From: a virus
Direction: 5' to 3' (one strand)
Length of the DNA stretch: 7,153 bases
IMG/VR virus record: IMGVR_UViG_3300002920_000097
Span: 1 to 7,153 of that record
Shown piece by piece: positions 1 to 5,482 of this stretch. A program made the position numbers and the translations under genes. Every line of letters starts with the position of its first letter. Within the stretch, counting starts at the first letter, position 1. The notes below the pieces were generated by a model that was not told where the DNA came from, searched no databases, and saw only the letters and a program-made list of their open reading frames with translations.

Positions 1-77
1 CGCAGTCTCGGCTGGTGATGACCGGATACACAAGTGCTTTCATGTTTGCGCTCCTTGCCTGATGCTTGACCCTATTA
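1..77. repeat. Terminal direct repeat, left copy. It is identical to 7077-7153 and indicates a circular genome or assembly overlap with a 7,076-bp unit.
   Basis: Base-by-base comparison shows that 1-77 (cgcagtctcggctggtgatg...cttgaccctatta) equals 7077-7153. Bases 1-43 duplicate the first 14 codons of the minus-strand 96-aa gene that starts at 7119. Confidence 0.95.
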
Positions 78-101
78 TACACGTCTAAGCGTTCACTGCA
101 A
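44..101 (-). promoter_or_regulatory. Sigma70-type promoter and Shine-Dalgarno for the 96-aa / KorA-like operon (its gene start is at 43, equivalent to 7119).
   Basis: Read on the minus strand: TTGCAG (96-101), a 16-nt spacer, perfect TATAAT (74-79), AAGGAG (51-56), then 7 nt to the ATG at 43. Confidence 0.6.
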
Positions 102-157
102 TACCGTTCGTCGGGCAAAAACTACCGTTTGTCGGGTAAAAGCTACCGTTCGTCGCC
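102..157. repeat. Three tandem iterons with an exact 21-bp period and core TACCGTT(C/T)GTCG.
   Basis: The copies are TACCGTTCGTCGGG at 102-115, TACCGTTTGTCGGG at 123-136 and TACCGTTCGTCGCC at 144-157. The first copy directly abuts the -35 hexamer of the promoter at 74-101. Confidence 0.8.
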
Positions 158-213
158 ACCAGCGGCGCGCGTGCGCGGGGTGTCAGACGCGGGCGAGGTG
201 GTCGAAAGCAGGC

Positions 214-289
214 CCGCTTGCAGAATTGGCGCACGAGAATCGAGGGTCGAGCAGGACGAGGGCGACTAGATCGCTTCGGCGAACGCGAC
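214..289. repeat. 76-bp junction repeat, copy A. It covers the last 7 codons and stop of the Xre-like gene plus 52 nt downstream.
   Basis: It aligns without gaps to 6571-6646 with 69/76 identical bases, and the last 25 nt are identical. The TAG stop is at 266-268. Confidence 0.9.
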
Positions 290-484
290 CGAGACGACGC
301 GAAGCCTAGGATGCTGATTCGTGAGCAGCAGAAAAAGCTCCCACCGCGCTTTGTCAATCTGCCGGACGCCGCGCTCATACTCAGACCACCGCACCGCCGA
401 CGAGAGATGCACGAGATAGGCCGACTGCGCTTGTGTCAAACCAGCACGCAGCCTTGCCGATAGCACTTGGTCGGCTGAGATCAT
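266..484 (-). CDS. Xre-family helix-turn-helix transcriptional regulator (72 aa).
   Basis: The product has a typical HTH_XRE pattern (LRAGLTQAQSAYLVHLSSAVRWSEYERGVRQIDKARWELFLLL). Its ATG overlaps the stop of the upstream ORF as ATGA at 481-484, which suggests translational coupling. The C-terminus VAFAEAI is shared with the 6623-6844 product. Confidence 0.8.
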   Translation of the reverse strand: MISADQVLSARLRAGLTQAQSAYLVHLSSAVRWSEYERGVRQIDKARWELFLLLTNQHPRLRVVSVAFAEAI

Positions 485-783
485 CGATTAGCCTGACCTT
501 GGATGACCGCATCGACGCGCCGAAGCTCATCGAGGACTTCGCACATGCGCTGCCAGAGCTCATCGGAGCGGATTCCGTCGCCTGCATCGTCCACATCCAT
601 CGACTGACGAGAAAGGTCGAAGAACAGCACCGAAAGCGTATAGCGCATTGACTCAAGCTGCTGCTTATCCATGATCGTACCTAGAGCGTAGGGGCCGACG
701 GCCCGGAGGGTGAAAACGGTAGTGCGGGAGGTCATGGTCGTCTCATTGTAAGACTCTATAGACATGGACATAGTATAGCGCAT
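481..783 (-). CDS. Hypothetical small acidic protein, first gene of cassette 1. The start is uncertain (783, 735 or 672).
   Basis: The frame is open and its stop overlaps the Xre-like gene start. Third-position GC looks coding from about 740 downward. I recognised no family. Alternative ATGs at 735 (GAG 8-10 nt upstream) and 672 (AGG 7-9 nt upstream) are equally plausible. Confidence 0.5.
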   Translation of the reverse strand: MRYTMSMSIESYNETTMTSRTTVFTLRAVGPYALGTIMDKQQLESMRYTLSVLFFDLSRQSMDVDDAGDGIRSDELWQRMCEVLDELRRVDAVIQGQANR

Positions 784-810
784 TGAGTTACTCTGCGCTC
801 GAAAATATAT

Positions 811-1620
811 CTATAGCGTAGAGTTACGCGATAACTTTCTCACCGTGGATGGCGACCAGTACATCGTCACCGGTAGATACCTTGGGGACGGCCTGAACGC
901 CCTCTCTAGCGCATGGCCTACGAGACTCCACAGCGTAGGTTTTTTCGGCACACCCGCCGACCAAACGGAATGCGCGCCGTGCGGATAGTCTGACCGGAAC
1001 ACTTGCCGGGTGTCGTAGGCCGCGTGGAGATCGTCACCCCGGAACATCCATCGCTCAGCGACGACGGAATTCTGACCGTCACCAACACGGGCGACGGCCA
1101 TATGAAAGCGGGGAAGGTAGCCTGCGCGACCACCGAATAGGTCATTGAGGATGCCGCCGATGACCGGAATTTTGATCTTGTCGCCTCGAAACATCTTAAC
1201 ACGGTACTCGATGAGGGCCTCCCGGACTTGCTTGTCGATCATGCCGGAGTCTTGGACGATGAGATAAACGTCCCACCCGAGTTTTCGGGCGTGGATGAGC
1301 CAATCGAGGACCTGGGCGCGGCCCTTGTCCTGAAAGGAACGGGCGTTGAGCCATGTACCGAGTTCGTCAAGAATCATAACGCCGTTTCGTTCCTCGTCGT
1401 AGCTGTCCGGGTTGCCGTGACCGACCGCCTCAAGATCGGACGCGGTAGGTTTGTCCGGAATGCGCACGTAATGAACCGCCTTATGAGGAACGAGCTTGTC
1501 TAGGTACAGGTCGACGTTCGACGCGACGCGACGGCCTTGGAGAAGGGCACGTTTAGCCTGCCAGACAGCAAACTTAGTTTTGCCTGTACCGAGCTTCCCC
1601 TCGACACTGTAAACCGGCAT
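811..1620 (-). CDS. zot: Zot / pI-family phage assembly NTPase (269 aa), ATPase domain only.
   Basis: Walker A is GKLGTGKT near the N-terminus and Walker B is VMILDE. The gene follows the pVI-like gene as in inoviruses, and its ATG lies 3 nt after that gene's stop, with GGGGTGAG upstream. I see no hydrophobic transmembrane segment anywhere in the 269 aa. Confidence 0.9.
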   Translation of the reverse strand: MPVYSVEGKLGTGKTKFAVWQAKRALLQGRRVASNVDLYLDKLVPHKAVHYVRIPDKPTASDLEAVGHGNPDSYDEERNGVMILDELGTWLNARSFQDKGRAQVLDWLIHARKLGWDVYLIVQDSGMIDKQVREALIEYRVKMFRGDKIKIPVIGGILNDLFGGRAGYLPRFHMAVARVGDGQNSVVAERWMFRGDDLHAAYDTRQVFRSDYPHGAHSVWSAGVPKKPTLWSLVGHALERAFRPSPRYLPVTMYWSPSTVRKLSRNSTL

Positions 1621-1623
1621 GAC

Positions 1624-1941
1624 TCACCCCACGATCAACGAAGCGATGCGTTCGAGATACGAATACGCTATTTTTGCCGCCCAGAGAACTGCCAAACCGG
1701 TAACCACCGTTCCAGCTATCGGCGGGAACGCCAGACCGATCACCGTTCCATACGACGTGGCAAACAGCGCCGAAATCAACGGGCTAATTGTCGTGTTGAA
1801 CAGCGTGACAAGAGCAACGTAAACCGCCGCAACTGCGGCAACAATGGTAATACGAATGGCCCACTTAAAGCCGACTTCTGCAACGAGAAACGAGAAAAAC
1901 CGAGTGAACCACCCGACAAGCAACGCAGCAAGGACTGGCAT
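1624..1941 (-). CDS. pVI-like small polytopic membrane protein (105 aa), a minor virion or assembly protein by position.
   Basis: The product is almost entirely hydrophobic with about 3 predicted TM stretches (LAALLVGWFTRFFSFLV, IRITIVAAVAAVYVALVTLF, VIGLAFPPIAGTVVTGLAVLWAA). GGAGG lies 9 nt upstream of the ATG. It sits between the adsorption protein gene and zot. Confidence 0.65.
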   Translation of the reverse strand: MPVLAALLVGWFTRFFSFLVAEVGFKWAIRITIVAAVAAVYVALVTLFNTTISPLISALFATSYGTVIGLAFPPIAGTVVTGLAVLWAAKIAYSYLERIASLIVG

Positions 1942-1944
1942 TTT

Positions 1945-3510
1945 TTAGACCTCCGAGTTTCGACGTCCAGAAAGAATACCGATAGCACCGAATAATCCCG
2001 CAGCCGCCCACAACATGGACATAATATCGTGAATCATGGGTTGCCACGGGCAAATGTTGACCTCGCTGAACCCGTACTTGGCGAAAGGCACAGGAATAGG
2101 GCCGCACGCGGAGGGTAGCGTGAACGACCAGTTTATATCAGGAAGATGCGGAAAGCAGGTTTTCCAATCGGTTTTGAGGCAGTTAGGAATAGCCTGTTTG
2201 AATACGTTCTCGCCGTCATCTTTGGGAGGTTGAGGTGTTCCTCTTTCGTCAATCTTACATGGTGGAGTATCCGGCAAACCACACTCCAAATCTTCCTGTT
2301 GAGGACTGTTAGGGTTATTCGGATGAGTCGGGTTAGTAGTCGTCGTCGTCGTCGAAGTTTGATTCCCCTGCGGATCACGTGTCGTAGTTTCAGTCTTGGT
2401 AACGAAATCAATAAGATTGCCGTTCGTAGTTGCCGTCGTCGTCGTTGTAGTCGTAACCGTAGAACCGTCCGGGTTCGTCGTAGTCGTAGTGACCGGATCA
2501 CCAACTTGAATGGTAAAGGACGGGATTTGTAACGACACCGGCCACCTGAATTCGGCATCAGCAGGATCGTCTTTTATCTCGCGGGCGACGGTATCAATAA
2601 CTCCTGACTCATTCGGCAAGCCATTGAAAATAGCGACCAAACGATCCGGCGACATTTTATCTTCGGCCTTAGATATAACCTGATCTGCAGAAATAGGAAC
2701 CTCCGAGGGTGGAAGAGTAGAAACGCAAGACGTACCGTTCCAATAATGACCTACCGGACACCCATTAAGAGGGCGACTAATAATATCGAAAGTTTGAGTA
2801 ATAGGGACAGTGCGAACACATTTATTGCCGGACAAATAGAAGGACGACGCATAAATACCCTGATCCGTGACGGTACCCCACCACTTGCAAGCGCCTTGTT
2901 TTGTTAATCCATGCGGCAAAGGTGCCCACTGACCGCCCCACCAATACACGCCGTATTGATTTCCGTCAGACTGTGGAAACTGATTAGGATGAATGTACTG
3001 TTGCTCTAAAAACTGACCATCACGAAACAAAACGCCAAGCTCGTCGAGCATTTCGCCAAGCTGGTATGCCGTTCCAAGAACCGGGACGAGTTTAACTAAT
3101 GACTTTGCAAGCGTGCGTTTAGCAACTGGCTCAACTATACGGACAGGAAGTTCCGAAGAACGACCCGGAAGCTTGACATTGGCCGGAACATCAATAACGG
3201 CAACTTTATTCGGCGACGACGTAAGGCCATACGCCGACAAAGGGCGAAGGGGCGAATAACCGCCTTGAAACGGGAACGGCTGTTGAACGAGCGTGCCCGA
3301 ATGACGGTTCAGCTTCCAGCCGGTGGCGGTGGGATCGAGGGACCAAGCAAGGCCGGCGACCTTGCCCTGCGGGGACGTGATGAACGCCGCGGCGTTGCGG
3401 CGCGCGTCATCCATGCCGCCCTGCCAAACGATGCCAGCATGGGCGGATGCGGCCATGCCCACGGCCAGAAGCGCCGAGGTGAGCGAACGACTGGTGAGCA
3501 TGGCCGCCAC
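1945..3510 (-). CDS. pIII-like adsorption / minor coat protein (521 aa from GTG 3510, or 518 aa from ATG 3501).
   Basis: It has a signal peptide (LTSALLAVGMAASAHA|G), a Cys-containing N-terminal region, two poly-Thr linkers (TTTTTNPDGSTVTTTTTTTATT and TSTTTTTTNPTHPNNPNSP), and a Cys-rich C-domain ending in a membrane anchor (MSMLWAAAGLFGAIGILSGRR). It lies immediately after the major coat gene. Confidence 0.75.
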   Translation of the reverse strand: MAAMLTSRSLTSALLAVGMAASAHAGIVWQGGMDDARRNAAAFITSPQGKVAGLAWSLDPTATGWKLNRHSGTLVQQPFPFQGGYSPLRPLSAYGLTSSPNKVAVIDVPANVKLPGRSSELPVRIVEPVAKRTLAKSLVKLVPVLGTAYQLGEMLDELGVLFRDGQFLEQQYIHPNQFPQSDGNQYGVYWWGGQWAPLPHGLTKQGACKWWGTVTDQGIYASSFYLSGNKCVRTVPITQTFDIISRPLNGCPVGHYWNGTSCVSTLPPSEVPISADQVISKAEDKMSPDRLVAIFNGLPNESGVIDTVAREIKDDPADAEFRWPVSLQIPSFTIQVGDPVTTTTTNPDGSTVTTTTTTTATTNGNLIDFVTKTETTTRDPQGNQTSTTTTTTNPTHPNNPNSPQQEDLECGLPDTPPCKIDERGTPQPPKDDGENVFKQAIPNCLKTDWKTCFPHLPDINWSFTLPSACGPIPVPFAKYGFSEVNICPWQPMIHDIMSMLWAAAGLFGAIGILSGRRNSEV

Positions 3511-3513
3511 AGA

Positions 3514-3768
3514 TCAAGCCGCGCCGCGAATCTTTTTCACGTACTTGATGGCGACCACGAACACGACGCCGACAGCGGCCAAGCCAACGAGCGCAGCGCC
3601 GTAGGTGGCAATGTCAGCCGAGGCTGTTTGGACGGCAGCATTAAAGGCAGCAGCGCCGCCGCCGCCGCCGCCACCGGCGCCGCCGCCGGTGGTCTGCGCG
3701 AAGGCAGCGAGCGGGCCAGCAACGAGGGCGACGGGGAGGGCGATTTTACGGATGGTGTGCAGTTTCAT
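3514..3768 (-). CDS. Major coat protein (pVIII analogue), an 84-aa precursor.
   Basis: It has a signal peptide ending AFA|Q, a Gly/Ala-rich exposed N-terminus, one hydrophobic helix (YGAALVGLAAVGVVFVVAI) and a basic C-terminus (KYVKKIRGAA). GGAG lies 11 nt upstream of the ATG. Its position precedes the pIII-like gene. Confidence 0.85.
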   Translation of the reverse strand: MKLHTIRKIALPVALVAGPLAAFAQTTGGGAGGGGGGGAAAFNAAVQTASADIATYGAALVGLAAVGVVFVVAIKYVKKIRGAA

Positions 3769-3810
3769 GGCTGAGATGCTCCAGAGAGACGCCAGTACCC
3801 GACTGGCAGC

Positions 3811-3830
3811 GGATCGGGGGACGGCCCCCC
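3811..3830 (-). promoter_or_regulatory. GC hairpin (G5/C5-6 stem, 4-nt loop) between the mini-ORF stop and the coat gene.
   Basis: The plus strand reads cGGGGGacggCCCCCC at 3815-3830. No U-run follows on the minus-strand RNA, so it is not a canonical terminator. It could be an attenuator or an mRNA-stability element. Confidence 0.3.
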
Positions 3831-3834
3831 AGAT

Positions 3835-3948
3835 TCAGACAGCGGAGAGGATGCGACGGACCCAAGCATGGGCGACACCCGAGACGACTCCGACACCGAA
3901 GACAGCCATATAGGCGGCGATGTAGGTGACGAGTTCGGACCAATCCAT
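3835..3948 (-). CDS. Hydrophobic mini-protein, 37 aa (pVII/pIX-type minor coat candidate). It is absent from the ORF track.
   Basis: Hand translation gives MDWSELVTYIAAYMAVFGVGVVSGVAHAWVRRILSAV. The ATG at 3948 lies 3 nt after the stop of the preceding mini-ORF. There is a single TM helix with a basic tail, and the position just upstream of the major coat gene matches Ff gVII/gIX. Confidence 0.55.
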   Translation of the reverse strand: MDWSELVTYIAAYMAVFGVGVVSGVAHAWVRRILSAV

Positions 3949-3951
3949 GAT

Positions 3952-4056
3952 TCACATACGGTTTCCGACGAAGTAGCCAGCCGCGAACACCAAGACGCCG
4001 ATACCGGCGACGATGGCGAGCCAAACGGACGGGTCTAGCAGTTCAGGGTCAGTCAC
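3952..4056 (-). CDS. Hydrophobic mini-protein, 34 aa (pVII/pIX-type minor coat candidate). It is absent from the ORF track.
   Basis: Hand translation from GTG 4056 gives (M)TDPELLDPSVWLAIVAGIGVLVFAAGYFVGNRM. AAGGA lies 6 nt upstream, and the start overlaps the stop of the 108-aa gene (GTGACTGA). Confidence 0.5.
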   Translation of the reverse strand: MTDPELLDPSVWLAIVAGIGVLVFAAGYFVGNRM

Positions 4057-4375
4057 AAATGATCCTTGTCACGTGACCGGTACCGATAAGGACCGGGTGG
4101 GGGTGGACATAGCACGGAACCGAAGGGCGGACCTTCTCGGCCATGAGGCGATCGAGAACAGGAAGACCGTCGGATATCGCAGGAGCAACCGGCGGCGTTT
4201 GGTGATACGACGTCATCCTCGGGGACTGGTCGAGCGGAACCCAGGCAGCGCGATCGACGAGCCAAACGAGAGGGCGACCGTCCGGGGCCTTGGGTGGAGG
4301 ATCGGCTGGTAGCTGGGCGTCAGAGGCGGCGATGTAGCCGAACGCGAGCAGGACGACGGCGAGAACTTCACGCAT
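4049..4375 (-). CDS. Secreted or periplasmic proline-rich hypothetical protein (108 aa).
   Basis: The N-terminal signal peptide is MREVLAVVLLAFGYIAASDA|Q. GAGG lies 8 nt upstream of the ATG, and the start overlaps the Rep stop by 8 nt. I recognised no family. Confidence 0.65.
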   Translation of the reverse strand: MREVLAVVLLAFGYIAASDAQLPADPPPKAPDGRPLVWLVDRAAWVPLDQSPRMTSYHQTPPVAPAISDGLPVLDRLMAEKVRPSVPCYVHPHPVLIGTGHVTRIICD

Positions 4376-5240
4376 GGAACGACCTCAGGGATGACCACGG
4401 ACCGGATACCCATCGAGCCGGTACCTCTCGAATAGCCGACAGAAACATTTGGCCTCGATGCCGCACGATGCGAAATGGAGAGTCCAGTAGCTCGCCCGTT
4501 TCACGCAACACACGACGGCCAGCGCGGGTGACGACTTCGCCGACGCCGTGGAGTTGACGGAGCCACATAGGGAAGTTGAGCCAGGACCGGATTTGACGGG
4601 AAGGGTGCTCAAGTCCGCCGACGCCGTAGGTCCGGCATCCCTTGGGGTAGTCATGACGGCCCCCAATCTTGCTCATGTACTTCATGAGGTAGACCACGGC
4701 ATCGCGGGCGATTTCGCGCTGTGCCATGCCGTAGGGCCAGAACACGGCGCCGGTGCGAGTAGGCTGGTCCCACTTGGGCATACTCAGATGCTTAGGAAGC
4801 CAAAGCGCGACGTGATAGTGAACCGTGCCTTTCTGCTGAAGTTCGGCGACCCAGACGTACCGGGGATGGGCACCGGTTTTCTTCGCCCAATGGCGAAAGC
4901 GCTTGATGGCGTCCGAGATGTGGCGCGGGTTCCAGTCGTGGGCACCGTTGCCGAGAGTGCCGCGAGTGTCGTAGGTGAGGGTGACGAACCACACGCGGTA
5001 GCCGTGGGGACACTCTTGGGAATGGAGCTTGCCAGCAGCCCAGACGTTACGACGAAGGGCGGCGAGACGACGCTCCCGGAGCTTGACGGGGTCCGTTGAG
5101 ATGGGAATCCAGTTGTCCGGGTAAGCGTGGACACTTGTTTTAGATGAGACAAGCCCCGCCGCCCCGGCCTCTGCACCCGCGCTGCGCGCGTGTGCGGCGG
5201 CCGTAGCGACGGCCCCATGCTCAGTTTGATGGGCGTGCAT
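4368..5240 (-). CDS. Rolling-circle replication initiator (HUH endonuclease, pII analogue), 290 aa from ATG 5240.
   Basis: The three RCR motifs are present in order: FVTLTYD (motif 1), VHYHVALW (HUH, motif 2) and AVVYLMKYMSK (catalytic Tyr, motif 3). The track ORF extends to 5486, but that extension is P/R/S-rich and overlaps a better-looking ORF in another frame. Confidence 0.85.
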   Translation of the reverse strand: MHAHQTEHGAVATAAAHARSAGAEAGAAGLVSSKTSVHAYPDNWIPISTDPVKLRERRLAALRRNVWAAGKLHSQECPHGYRVWFVTLTYDTRGTLGNGAHDWNPRHISDAIKRFRHWAKKTGAHPRYVWVAELQQKGTVHYHVALWLPKHLSMPKWDQPTRTGAVFWPYGMAQREIARDAVVYLMKYMSKIGGRHDYPKGCRTYGVGGLEHPSRQIRSWLNFPMWLRQLHGVGEVVTRAGRRVLRETGELLDSPFRIVRHRGQMFLSAIREVPARWVSGPWSSLRSFHA

Positions 5241-5250
5241 GGGGTGGCCC

Positions 5251-5472
5251 TCAGAGGGTGTAGCCGCCGATGGGAATGCCATCGGGGCCGTGGATGGTGG
5301 CCTCCACCGCCAACCGACGACCTTCTGGCTGCACGGTGTAGGTGACGCAGGTAATGCCGCCCGGGGTGTCGTCGGCGATCTGCTGGGCATCGGCCCGAAG
5401 GAGGATGCCGAGCAGCGCAGAGACGACCACGCTTTGGGCGTCCGTCCATTCCTCACGCTTGGGCATGGACAT
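5251..5472 (-). CDS. Hypothetical protein (73 aa) between gV and Rep.
   Basis: The ATG at 5472 is preceded by GAGGGG. Third-position GC is very high (about 85% by hand count), as expected for a true frame in this genome. The stop lies 10 nt before the Rep ATG. Confidence 0.6.
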   Translation of the reverse strand: MSMPKREEWTDAQSVVVSALLGILLRADAQQIADDTPGGITCVTYTVQPEGRRLAVEATIHGPDGIPIGGYTL

Positions 5473-5482
5473 GGCGCACCCC

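Noticed and set aside
64-90. dif-like XerCD sites: ccctATTATACACGtc here, ACAATTTGTATTAGATCAAT at about 6207-6226, and GGACATAATATCGTGAATCAT at about 2015-2036.
   Set aside because: Each matches only a fragment of the recalled 11-6-11 dif architecture and none has a credible XerD arm (TTATGTTAAAT-like). The first is better explained as the -10 TATAAT of the cassette-2 promoter, and the third lies inside coding sequence.
224-262. A tRNA-like 3' end (TGGCGCACGAGAATCGAGGG resembles the reverse complement of CCA, an acceptor stem and a T-loop) inside the junction repeat, which could be an attP core.
   Set aside because: I could not build a T-stem or acceptor pairing around the AATCGA motif in either copy. 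The two copies differ exactly in the bases that would have to pair. There is no integrase in the genome.
214-265. The non-coding part of the junction repeat as an intrinsic terminator, or as an array of CGAG repeats.
   Set aside because: It has no stable GC stem followed by a U-run on the minus-strand RNA. Two of the four CGAG units seen in copy A are disrupted in copy B, so the short repeats are not conserved.
930-935. An A6 run (on the minus strand) near the 3' end of zot as a possible programmed -1 frameshift site that would restore a longer pI.
   Set aside because: It is not a canonical X XXY YYZ heptamer. The -1 frame gives only a 38-aa alternative tail (…TYAVESRRPCAREGVQAVPKVSTGDDVLVAIHGEKVIA) with no transmembrane segment, so it does not rescue the missing domain.
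3265-3913. Plus-strand ORFs antisense to the coat and adsorption genes (169 aa, 93 aa and 102 aa). The same applies to the long plus-strand ORFs at 1537-1995, 2146-2532, 4548-5099, 5342-5818 and 6596-7138.
   Set aside because: All are antisense to strongly supported minus-strand genes. They have low-complexity A/G/P/R-rich products and lack ribosome-binding sites. These are typical open shadow frames in high-GC DNA.
3746-4024. The 92-aa minus-strand ORF (MARHRRRYRRLGVRGW...).
   Set aside because: It has an extremely Arg-rich shadow-frame composition. The same DNA encodes two well-formed hydrophobic mini-ORFs with SD or coupling signals in the expected pVII/pIX position.
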